Source: Squalus acanthias
Taxonomy: Eukaryota
Length of the DNA: 64,000 bases
NCBI GenBank assembly: GCA_030390025.1
Contig: CM059429.1
Location: 139,066,001 to 139,130,000, forward strand
Reading direction: 5' to 3'
Shown: positions 38,721 through 49,729 of the stretch, one piece after another
How positions within the stretch are numbered: the first letter of the stretch is position 1
Layout: every line of letters begins with the position of its first letter
Translations under genes and position numbers: made by a program
The notes under the pieces: generated by a model
The model's database searches: none
What the model saw: only the letters and a program-made list of their open reading frames with translations
What the model was told of the DNA's origin: nothing

Positions 38721-39883
38721 TCACAGACCACCCTTCCACAAGACCGATGGAGTGGCTGGATTCTCCAGTCGCTGCTGTTCATGCTCCTGTTCCTCCTCCT
38801 CCTCCTCCTCCTCCTCCTCCTCCTCCTCCTCCTCCTCCTCATCTCCCTCTTCCTCCTCCTGAGGTGGTGTGGCTATGCCTCGTGGCAATGGCTGCACCCT
38901 CATGATGGCCAAGTTGTGGAGCATGCAGCATACGGCGACGAAAGGGACACCTGCTCAGTCAAGTACTGGAGGGCTCCTCCCGAATGGTCAAGGCAGCGGA
39001 ACCATTGCTTGAGCACTCCGATGGTCTGCTCGATGATGTTCCTGGTGGCAGCATGGCTCTCACTGTATGAGTGCTGGGCACGAGTGTTGTGGTTGCGGAG
39101 GGGCATCATGAGCCAGGTGGAGAGCGGATAGTCCTTGTCTCCCAGCAGCCATCCGCTTGCTTGATGTGGTGGCTGGAAGAGTGCTGGCACACCGGTCTGG
39201 CACAGGATGAAGGCATCATGGCTGCTGCCAGGATAGCGGGCATTGACGGTGAGGATTTGCGGTGTGTGGTTGCACGCCAACTGCACATTAAGTGAGTGGT
39301 AGCCTTTGCAGTTACGGAATACCTCATGATTGTTATGAGGTGCCCACAAAGCGAAGTGAGTGCAGTCAATAGCGCCCCGCACCACGGGGAAGTCCGCTAT
39401 CCTGGCAAAGCCACATGCATGCTCGCACTGCTTCTCTCTGGTCATGGGGAATAAAATATAGTCCCTTCTCCTTCTGTAGAGAGCATCTGTGACCTCGCGG
39501 ATGCAGCTATGGACGGCGAACTTAGATATGTCTCCTGTTGCACACTGGAAGGATCCGCTGGTATAGAAATTGAGGGTGACGGTGACCTTGACTGCCACTG
39601 AGGGAGCCGTGGTGCTCCTGATGTGAGGCTTGAGGTCTGGCTGCAGGAGGTGGCAGAGCTCTGTGACCACGTCCTTGATGAAGCGGAGCCTTCTAAGACA
39701 CTGTTCCTCAGTGAAATTGATGTAGGAGAAATGCTGCCGGAATACCCTGGGAGGGTAAGGCCTCCTGTTGAGAGTCCTGTTGGCCGTCCTCCCTCTGGCC
39801 ACATTTTGCAATCTTTCTCTCTGCCTCTGCTGCCTCCGACATTGACGCTGGAGGGCGAGGTCCAGTGCCAGTACAGCCCCCAT
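38721..39883 (-). pseudogene. Harbinger (HARBI1-like, DDE_Tnp_4) transposase with one frameshift near the C-terminus
   Basis: RPYPPRVFR, EEQCLRRLRF, GAIDCTH (D), SLNVQL, YPGSSHDAFIL, WLLGDKDYPL (D), RNIIEQTIGVLK (E); MLHNLAI plus poly-E tail in the next frame. Confidence 0.92.
38791..38840. repeat. (CCT)n microsatellite encoding the transposase poly-Glu tail
   Basis: Directly visible. Confidence 0.9.
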
Positions 39884-39988
39884 TAAAGTATGGAAATGTT
39901 GCACTTTAAAATCTCACTGAAATGAAAGTGATACATTTTTCTGAGGCAGAAGACTCCTTCAAGTGGAAAACGCTGAAATCACTCAAAC

Positions 39989-40219
39989 CTTGACCACCTG
40001 AGTGAGGCCGTTGAATTTCTTCCGGCACTGTGTCAGGCTGCATTCCACCACACAACTGGTCGAGACCTCCTGGGCCACGTTCCTCCACATTGCCCTGAAG
40101 ACCTGGGGCAATGACCTCCTTCCAGTGTCCGGGAATAGCACTGCCCTCCTTTGCTCCACTCCTGCGACCAATGCCTCTAATGCCTCATCCAAACGGGGCG
40201 ATAACGAATTTCTACCCAT
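39989..40219 (-). pseudogene. Isolated Myb/SANT exon 1 (77 open codons)
   Basis: MGRNSLSPRLDEALEALVAGVEQRRAVLFP...WRNVAQEV...QCRKKFNGLTQVVK|gt. Confidence 0.8.
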
Positions 40220-40499
40220 ACTCTTGCAAAGGATGTAAGGGGATACTATTGTTGCACCCCCAGGATGCGCTATAATACAGACACATTCCTGAACGTGAGA
40301 CGTGGGGACCAATTAGGGAAATGACCAGTACCGCTGAACCTGAAAGAATATCTAAGGCAGGCCCAAAACTGGTAACGTGGAAATAGTGCTTAATATGCCC
40401 ACCCACAAATGAGCAGGCATATTATTACCCTTTGCAAATGATGGAAATACTTCAAACGGCGCATTTCCCACCATCTGTACCCTAGCAAAGCTTGGCACA

Positions 40500-40882
40500 A
40501 GGAATGCCTGTGCATCACTGACAATCACCATTGCTAAGGACCTCTGGACGCATTTAAAATTTTGGCAATTCAATCAGTCGCACAACAAAGAATGTTCCTT
40601 ATCTTATGTGCCATCTTTACGAAGCTTAAATTAGAACACCTTATCCAGGGTGAACCATTGTTTTTGTTCCCAAAGGTCAGCCTGGCAGAGCCATGCACCT
40701 TCTGTTACAATAAGGTTATTTATTCAGGGTCAACAGCTGTCTTATCTCAAAATTCTTTCATAGCTATTTCATAGTTAGGTTTCTAAATTTCCAAACCCAG
40801 TTTGTCATGTTTTAATAAGGCCAGAATTCTTTCATAAGATAGTGTATTTTTCAGAATAGGTTATATGGCTTATTCCTTCACA
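40500..40882 (-). repeat. Putative 3' LTR (U3 part, probably truncated) of the foamy-like ERV
   Basis: Minus strand: PPT followed directly by TGTGAAGG at 40882. The distal boundary is not visible; 40500 is approximate. Confidence 0.5.
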
Positions 40883-40892
40883 CCCCACTCTT
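40883..40892 (-). promoter_or_regulatory. Polypurine tract AAGAGTGGGG preceded by a T-rich run
   Basis: Minus strand ttttttggtc-AAGAGTGGGG-TG, downstream of pol. Confidence 0.6.
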
Positions 40893-41500
40893 GACCAAAA
40901 AATGAGCTTGAACATCAAGGGCAGAGTTTGGTCAATGTTTCAAATAAGGCTACAATAGTACATTAATTTCACGAGATTCACAAGAGCCCAATCATGTGCT
41001 ACATGAAAATACCTTTAAGGCATCCCAGGACAATATTTTGCCTTATTTTAAATTGAACAGAAATTAAAAGAATGATAGGTACTTGTCATGCAATTAGCAA
41101 AACAACATGTAATTAGAATGTCCAATTGGCAGATGTACATTCCGTAGAGGTGAGTTATTCATATGAGTCAAGGAGACGTCATTTGGAGCTGGCTGAAGCT
41201 TGACACGCTGTTCCATTGATCCAGCGTGAGGACAGATTCTTGTTTTCTTAAAGGCCTTGTCAGAAGCTCAGTTGATTCCTTCTCCATCCGCAGTGTTTTC
41301 CTCCTTCGTTGAAGTAACTTGTTGGTCTTTACTTGTTTTGGTTGTGGCTTTTTGTGAATCCAATTCCTGAGGCGTTGCCAAGCATCGTGTGGAGGAGTCG
41401 GTGACACTGTCTGGCTGACCGTTGTCAGTAGTTCGATCGCATCCATTTCCTATGTCGTGCTCCAAGCTGAGTCTTGGAAGACAGTGTATGGCTGCACCTT

Positions 41501-43048
41501 TTATTGTTCCTCCATTTCGGTATCCGCAGGACATCTTTTGAGATTGTCTATGGAGACAGTTTTAAGAATGTGCTTGCCATTCGGCAGATTAATATGTATT
41601 TCAACAGTTCTTTCATTAATAACGGAATGTATTTGAACAGGTTTTTTCCACTTAGGTCTTAAACCAGGTTTTTGCTTGAACTTCTTTTCCTGTACCCATT
41701 CTCCTGCTAGGGGTTGCCATGCTTTGTCAACATTTTCTGCCTATTTGTCTCCCTTATCCTCTGATCAATTTGATGTATCTCCTCTGTTACTTCTTTTTTT
41801 TAAATCTAACTGTCGCTGTCGGGTCAAGGAATCAGAGAGTGTAGAGGCAATAAAAGAACCATGGGTAAGCGGTGTATGCATCTCAACCCCATACATTAGA
41901 TAATATGAAGTTTTAGGGGACACTATCCCTGATGCAGATGCGGGCACATTATTAAGTGATAGCTGCACTTCCAGTATAACGGTGGTCCACTCATTTCCCC
42001 TGATTCTCAACAGTTTGACCAATAGCTTTTTTACTTCCTGGTTTTTACGTTCCACCAGCCCCGCTGATTGCGGATGACGTGGCGTGCTGTGCTCTAACCC
42101 AATCCCCCTTTGTTCGCAGTAGTCTTTGAAGACCTTGGAGACAAAGGCTCCACCTTGATCGGAGTGTAAGATTTTGGGTGCACCAGCTACAGTAATTATG
42201 TCAGTAATAGCATTGGCGAGTGCGTTTTCTGAAACAGTTTTAGTGGGGACCAGCCAGCAGAAGGAAGTGCATCCATCAACACAAACGAGAACATGTCTGT
42301 ATCCCAAAGACGGGGGAAGTGGTCCAATGAAGTCAATAAAGAATTTTCCCATTGGTTCATCAGCTTTCACAGGAGCCAATGGTGGTGGCTTAATTAGTGA
42401 TGACTTATTGGTTAAATTGCATGGCTCACAATTTTCCACGTATGTTTTACAGGCCTTAAGCATACCTGGCCACCAATATAAGGGAGTCAATTTGCAGAAT
42501 GTTGTTCTGGCACCACAATGTGCTTGACCTATGCCCTCGTGAGCTTCTTTTACAAGCTGTTCTCATTTGTGTCTCGGGGGTACTTCTCGGTTTCCCTTGG
42601 GCAACTTAACTAGCGCGATACCAGTAGGGGTTTCCGAGTAAAAGTACTTTGATGGATATCCTGGTGGATTCTCTTTTGTTGGGTCTAATAGCTGAATCAG
42701 TTCCTCATCCTGATTAGCTGCCCATTCTGCCTTAGTGATAACATTAATATTGGCAGGCCCCTCTCGAGGGGGTGTCATGCAGACCGAATGTTTCATTTGT
42801 TCATCTGCAACACTGTTGCCTTTTGAGTGTACTGTCCCAGTGGTATGCCCGTTTACATGAATCACCTGACAATTCTGTTTCTCCATCCTCGAACAGAGAA
42901 TGTCTTCCCACAATGACTTATGTTTTGTGGGTTTACCCTTATGATTGGTAAAGTTTGTTTGTTCCCAGAAAACTAGATCTTGGTTATATCCTCTTTTACA
43001 ATAGTCACTATCTGTACAGATTAATGTGGGTTTTATAGGGTCTGCCTT
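41501..43048 (-). pseudogene. pol: Endogenous foamy (spuma)-like retrovirus pol: RNase H C-terminal part plus complete integrase
   Basis: One frame; stops at 42563, 41765 and 41741. RNase H: LICTDSDY..NHKGKPTKHKSLW..HVNGH..GNSVAD. Integrase: DEELIQLL..GYPSKYFY, AHEGIGQAH..LYWWPGM..CEPC, KFFIDFIGPLPPSLGY, LHSDQG, STPRHPQSAGLVERKN, WQPLAGEWVQEK..LRPKWKKP..TVSIDNLK. Confidence 0.9.
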
Positions 43049-43050
43049 TT

Positions 43051-46000
43051 AGTCATAGAGTCATAGGGGTAGAAATTAGGTCGCGCCCCATTTGGGGCGC
43101 AAATATCGTCTGGACGCAAATATTAGCGCCTGGCGCTAATTATCGGCACTGACTGGAAACTTCACTTTTACCGCCCCGGGAGGTGAGTGGAGCGCTAAAG
43201 CAGGCGCTGCACACCTGTCTTAAGGCGCAAAGGCCGAGGAGTGAGGCGCTACCTCAGAGCGCTGGCGAAGCTCATGTAATGTCAGTCAGCAATGGAACAC
43301 ACACACAATGGCACGGGCCAGTTCTTAAAGGGGATGGTTAATCTTGCTTTCCATCCACATCCTACTCATTGCAGCCTTGAATCTCGGCCTGGAGAGACTT
43401 GCACATCAAATGTGCTGGAAAGAACAATGGAGAGTACCAGGCAAAGAGCTCAGAGTGCAGCTCCCACAGTCTCTGCTAAATCGATACAAGGAATGGCAAA
43501 TCAAAATGAACCTGCAAAGTGCTGCTCAGTACCCAAATCTCCTTCACACAACGTTGAATCTCTCCAGAAGTCTCTCCCTCTCTCTCTCAGAATGCGTAGT
43601 TCAAAAATGCCACCAACAATAAAAGACAGGAAGAGGCCCCCTTTAAATAGCGCCCCCCCCCCCAGCCCCACAGCGATTGATAGCGTTCCAGTCTTCTGGT
43701 CGTTGGATGCGCCAGGCGGTAAGGCAGGGGGCGCCACTCAATTTCTGCTCCGGGGCGCCACAAGGGCGTTGCACCATGGAATGACATCACAATCTGCGCG
43801 CGCAGGTGGTCGCAGCGGTAAGTTTTAGCGCCGCCGCACAATCTCAAGTAAAGTTCTCGAGCGGCGCAAACATCGCTGCGCCCGGGCGTTAGCGGCTTTG
43901 CGCCCCATTAGCGCCCTCTTAAGGCGCTAACGGGAGGCGCAACCAACTGAATATTTACCCCATAGAGTTATACAGCACAGAAAGAGGCCCTTCAGCCCAT
44001 CGTGTCTGCGCCGGCCATCAAGCCCTGTTTATTCTAATCCCATTTTCCAGCACTTGGTCCGTAGCCTTGTATGCTATGGCGTTTCAAGTGCTCATCTAAA
44101 TGCTTCTTGAATGTTGTGAGGGTTCCTGCCTCTACCATCCTTTCAGGCAGTGAGTTCCAGATTCCAACCACCCTCTGAGTGAAAAAGTTTTTCCTCAAAT
44201 CCCCTCTAAACCTCCTACCCCTTACCTTGAAACTATGCCCCCTGGTTATTGACCCCCCTACTAAGGGGAAAAGTTCCTTTCTATCTATCCTATCTATGCC
44301 CCTCATAATTTTGTACACCTCAATCAGGTCCCCCCTCAGCCTTCTCTGCTCTAAGGAAAACAACCCCAACCTGTCCAGTTTCTCTTCATAGCTGATACGC
44401 TCCAGCCCAGGTAACATCCTGGTGAATCTCCTCTGCACCCTCTCCAATGCAATCACATCCTTCCTATAGTGTGGCAACCAGAACTGCACACAGTGTTCCA
44501 GCTGTGGCCTAACTAGCGTTTTGTACAGCTCCATCATAACCTCCCTGCTCTTATATTCTATGCCTCGGCTAATGAAGGCAAGTATCCCATATGCCTTCTT
44601 AACCGCCTTATCTACCTGTCCTGCTGCCTTCAGGGATCTATGTACATGCACACCAAGGTCCCTCTGATCCTCTGTACTTCCTAGGGTCCTACTATTCATT
44701 GTGTATTCCCTTGTCTTGTTAGTCCTCCCAAAATGCATCACCTCACACTTTTCAAGGTTAAATTCCATTTGCCACTGTTCTGCCCATCTGACCAACCCGT
44801 CTATATCGTCCTGTAGCCTGAGGCTTCCCTTCTCACTATTTACCACTCCACCAATTTTTGTGTCATCTGTGAACTTACTGATCATACTTCCTACATTCAT
44901 ATCTAAATCATTAATGTACACTACAAAGAGCAAGGGACCCAGCACCGATCCCTGCAGTACACCACTGGACACAGGCTTCCAGTCACAAAAACAACCTTCG
45001 ACCATCACCCTCTGCCTCCTGCCACTAAGCCAATTTTGGATCCAATGTGCCAAATTGCCCTGGATCCCATGGGCTCTTACTTTCTTGACCAGTCTCCCAT
45101 GCGGGACTTTGTCAAAAGCCTTACTGAAGTCCATGTAGATTACATCAACTGCACTACCCTCATCCACACACCTAGTCACCCCCTCAAAAAATTCAATCAA
45201 ATTGGTTAGACATGATCTCCCCCTGACAAAGCCATGCTGACTATCCTTGATTAATCCTTGCCTCTCCAAGTGGAGACTAATTCTGTCCCTCAGAATTTTT
45301 TCCAATAATTTCCCTACCACTGATGTTAGGCTCACTGGCCTGTAATTCCCTGGTTTATCCCTAGTACTCTTCTTGAATAATGGTACTATGTTAGCTGTCC
45401 TCCAGTCCTCTGGCACCTCCCCTGTGGCCAGAGAGGTTCTGAAAATTTGTGTCAGAGCCCCTGCAATCTCCTCCCTTGCCTCACACAGCAGCCTGGGATA
45501 CATCTCATCTGGGTCTGGGGATTTATCCACTTTTAAGCCCGCTAAAACCATTAGTACCTCCTCCCTCTCAATGCTAATTTGTTCAAGTATATCACAATCC
45601 CCCTGCCTGATTTCTATGCCTACATCGTCCTTCTCCATAGTGAACAGAGATGCAAAATATTCATTTAAAACCTCACCTACATCTTCTGGCTCTACACACA
45701 GATTGCCACTTTGGTCCCTAATGGACCCTACTCTTTCCCTGGTTATCCTCTTGCCCTTAATATACTTATAAAACATCTTGGGATTTTCCTTTATTTTGCC
45801 CGCCAGTGTTTTTTCATGGCCCCTCTTTGCTCTCCTAATTTCTTTTTTAAGTACCCCCCTGCACTTTCTATACTCCTCTAGGGCTTCCACTGGTTTTAGT
45901 CCTTTGTATCTGCCAAAAGCCTCCCTTTTTTTCCTAATCCATTCTTGTATATCCCTTGACATCTAGGGTTTCCTGGACTTGTTGATCCCACCCTTTACCT

Positions 46001-46678
46001 TTATGGGAACATGTTGGCGCTGTACTCTCTCTATTTCCTTTCTGAATGACTCCCACTGCTCTGATGTGGATTTTCCTACAAGTAGCTGATCCCAGTCTAC
46101 TTTGGCCAGATCCTGCCTTATCATATTAAAATTGGCCTTCCCCCAATTTAGAACCTTTATTTGCAGTCCATCTTTGTCCTTTTCCATGACTACCTTAAAT
46201 CTCACCGAATTATGGTCACTGTCACCAAAATGCTCTCCTACTGACACTTCTACCACTTGCCCGGCTACATTCCCGAGAATTAGATCCAGTACCGCCCCTT
46301 CTCTTGTAGGACTTTCTACATGCTGGCTCACAAAGCTCTCTTGGATACACTTTAAGAATTCCGCACCCTCTAAGCCTTTCACACTCTGACTATCCCAGTT
46401 AATATTGGGGAAGTTGAAATCCCCTACTATTATTACCCTATTATTTCTACACTTCTCTGAGATTTGCTGACATATCTGCTCCTCTATCTCCCCCTGACTG
46501 TTTGGGGGCCTATAGTACACTCCCAGCAAAGTGCTTGCCCCCTTTTTGTTTTTAAGTTCTACCCATATGGCCTCATTAGAGGAACCTGCTAAGATATCAT
46601 CCCTCCTTACTGCAGTAATTGACTCCTTGATTAATATTGCGACACCCCCTCCTCTTTTACACCCCCTCTGTCTCATCT
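43051..46678 (-). mobile_element. Near-intact CR1 LINE ORF2 (EN+RT) that truncates the ERV; (catagagt)n tail split by a MITE
   Basis: ORFs 45963-46676 and 44034-45962 are in one frame, separated by a single TAG; GVYYRPP, GDFN, SDH, DFSKAFD, KFTDD. Confidence 0.95.
43066..43961. mobile_element. Harbinger-type MITE, inverted sister of 15228-16116, 3-bp TSD ATA
   Basis: GGGGTAGAAATT ... AATATTTACCCC; ata at 43063-43065 and 43962-43964. Confidence 0.88.
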
Positions 46679-47354
46679 GTTTTTTTATTTCTCTTCACAT
46701 CTGGCTGGTTTCAAAAACTTTCAATTAGTTCCAAGCCAAGGTTACAACAGTTAAGGTTATTCAGCAACCATCTCTGATCTCCAGGTCCCAGTCAGTCAGC
46801 TGTGCAATTTCCACTTGAGTTACTCTGTGACAGATGAGGTAACGACTTAGCTCTCTTCAATACCCCTCAAGCAGCACATACAGAATGGCTAAATAGACCT
46901 TCAACCTGTACTTTTGAGCATCTGTTGCTGTTTCTGAAAAATGCAACCTTAAGCGCATCCATTTCTCACGTAGCTCGTTGGCCTGAATTTTACTTTTGGC
47001 AATAAACTTATTGCCGATGCTTTTACTGATTTTTCCTCGCCAGTAATGGCTACCATATGGTAAAAATCATTTCCTCCTTGGCACTAATACTAACAAATTA
47101 TCATTGCAGGAGGTAATTAGCAATATTGAATTATCTTGAAATTTTTCAGTTTTTAAGTGCTTGTGAAGATAAGGCCAATTGTAAGTTGGCTTTTAGCTTT
47201 GCAATGTCAATTTTATTTTGAAAAGTGTTTCTGACATGGCTGGGGTTGTGTCCTTAGTGGAACAATTCTCCTGCCATGTGTTCATAGGTCTTTAAGGAAT
47301 GGGAGCTAAAACAATGATATTTTACTTGTTTTAATGTGTCCCCACATTCTCCTC

Positions 47355-48583
47355 AGATTTTCCTTTAATGCTATAACCTTTAATTTTGCTAACAAGTCTA
47401 TTATGTGGTACTTTGTTAAATGCCTTTTGAAAGTCCATATACACAACATCAACCGTACTACCCTCATCAACCCTCTCCGTTACTTCATCAAGGAACTCGA
47501 TCAAGTTAGTCAAACACGATTTGCCTTTAACAAATCCGTGCTGACTTTCATTTATTAGCCCATACTTTTCCAAATACCAATTAATTTTGTCCCAGATTAT
47601 TATCTCTAAAAGTTTGCCCACCACTGATGTTAGGCTGACTGGCCTGTAGGTGCTGGGTTTATCTCTCTCCCCTTTTTTAAACAGGGGTGTAACATTTATA
47701 ATCCTCCAGTCCTCTGGCACCACCACCAAGGAAGATTGGAAGATCGTGGCCAGAAATTCTGCGATTTCCACCCTTACTTCCCTCAGTAACCTAGGATTCA
47801 TCCCATCCAGACTGGGTAACTTTCCTACTTTGAGGACTGCCAACCTTTTAAGTACCTCCTCTTTATCTATTTTTATCCTATCCAATATCGCTACTGCCTC
47901 CTCCTTTACTGCTTCATTGGCAGCATCCTTTTCACTAGTGAAGACAAATGCATAGTACTCATTTAGTACCACAGCCTGCATCCACAAGAATACAAAAATA
48001 TCTCCTTTTTGGTCCCTAATCAGTCCCACCCTTCCTTTGATCACCCTTTTATTGTTTGTGTTTATAAATTCTTTTGGGTTCCCTTTTATGTTAGTCACTA
48101 ATCTATTCTTATACTCTCTCTTTGCCCCTCTTATTACTTTTTTAGATCTCCTCTGTGCTTTCTATATTCAGCTTGGTTCTCTACTGTATTGTGAACCTTA
48201 CAATTGTCATAAGCCTCCTTTTCCTGTCTCATTTTAACCTCTATATCTTTAGTCATCCAGGGAGCTCTAGCTTTGGATGCCCTTTCTTTTCCCCTCATGG
48301 GAATGTGTCTACTCTGTATCCAAACCATCTCCTCTTTGAAAGCCTCCCATTGTTCAATTGCCTACCAATTTTGATTCCAATCCACCTGGGCCAGATCCCC
48401 TTTCAACTCACTGAAGTTAGCTCTCCTCCAGTTAAGTATTTTTATGCTTGATTGTACCTTGTATTTTTCCATAACTATTCTAAACCCAATGATATTATGA
48501 TCACTGTTCCCCAAATGCTCTCCCACTGAAACATGCTCCACTTGCCCCACTTCATTCCCTAGAACTAGATCCAGCACTGCTTC
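47355..48583 (-). mobile_element. CR1 LINE internal fragment
   Basis: ORF 47331-48098: YRPVSLTSVVGKLLE, QHGFVKGKSCLTNL, DFQKAFNKV; upstream LGNSDH. Confidence 0.9.
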
Positions 48584-49729
48584 AAATATGAGGTGCATAA
48601 ATGTGGAGAAGGAGCAGGAGGAATAGGGTGGGAGACACTGGTGTGAATCAGAGATGAGTGCTATGCCACAAAGACATCTTCTATTAAATGTGTCCTGATT
48701 ATATGTAACCAAATTACTGCAATACTTAAGTCAATAAATAGTTGTTAGAATTTAAAACATTTCTCAGCAATTCCAATTCACTACAAAGAGTGGGAAAATA
48801 AAAATACTCTGTCACACTCCCAGAGATTCTAACTGTATTCTGTGCTCTTATGGTGACTGATGTTAATGAGTTAGGTTTCCATCCAAAGCAAACAAATACA
48901 GGTGCCTGATAGCAATTTACTGCACAGGCCTTATTGAGGGGAACCATTTGGCCCTGGAACATCAGCTCTTATGCAAACCTATTTAATGACATTACAAATA
49001 ATTTTAACTAATCTGATAAAATGTTAATAAATATTAATAACAAGCTTTGCTTAGCCTATTCAACTGCACGTACTGGTCTAATTTCTATAAATACCAACAC
49101 TTTATTTTATCTTTTGCTATTTACTTTTTTTTTAATTCCATACGTCTGTGCCAAATAATTTTTACCACTGCAGCACTGAGGGCAATCTCCACCTGAGGAA
49201 CACTAAGATGAATGTGTTATAGATAAAGTGCACATAGGAGTTTTTATGTAACTGCTAATGTTTGTGTCATAATGGCCGACTGAGTGGATCTGTGTTTGAG
49301 ATCACTAAGGCTAGTTTAAGTTGCAACTTGTAAAACTACTTTTTGTCTGAATAAATTGTTTTCACCAAGTAATATTTTTGTCTGAAAAAATTGTCTTGAC
49401 CAAAAAAGAAGGTTTTGAGTTCCAATTCCAATTCACTTTGCTTTTGAACTGTTAATATTGAATCTTTTCCAAGATGAATTTGACATGATGCCATTTTACT
49501 TCTTAGCTGTTCTCAATTTAACCTATCAATCATAATGCATTTAGAGTTCATGACAGGAGTTGGGGACATTCATTTTAAGAGGATAATTTAATGATGTGGC
49601 AGACTAAGGGAAAATTCTATATTTCAAGGTTTCCCCATAATTTTCCGACGGATTGCAACCACACTGTGTAATGTTCAGTGAAATAAGCACAAGGGATCTT
49701 GCACCAACCTTGGATTTGGTTTCTTTTCA

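Larger units (their letters stand above)
36250..39980. mobile_element. Formerly autonomous PIF/Harbinger transposon: Myb exons 2-3 (plus) convergent with DDE transposase (minus)
   Basis: Left end GGGGGAGATATTC with subterminal sequence shared with the 15228 MITE; ttgcag|AKMANNRR..RTGGG at ~36986; acidic and coiled-coil exon 37323-38520. Confidence 0.75.

Noticed and set aside
38721-39904. Host domesticated HARBI1 gene
   Set aside because: Frameshifted, embedded in a transposon structure with a convergent Myb gene, and several decayed paralogues are nearby.
39883-40219. Spliced Myb-transposase fusion protein
   Set aside because: Exon 1 ends in phase 0. The two pyrimidine-rich acceptors tested (ctgcctcag, tcatttcag) run into TGA before the transposase ATG, and the donor gtttga is weak.
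41765-42490. Ordinary Gypsy integrase
   Set aside because: Motifs in the core, the N-terminal extension and the C-terminal domain match recalled foamy integrase much better; a phylogeny is still needed.
43292-43847. ORFs inside the 890-bp MITEs (also 15452-16146)
   Set aside because: No recognisable domain, and the frames are not conserved between the two copies.
23856-45771. Antisense ORFs over CR1 ORF2 (e.g. 23856-24356, 44701-45138, 45373-45771)
   Set aside because: Shadow frames of the LINE coding sequence.
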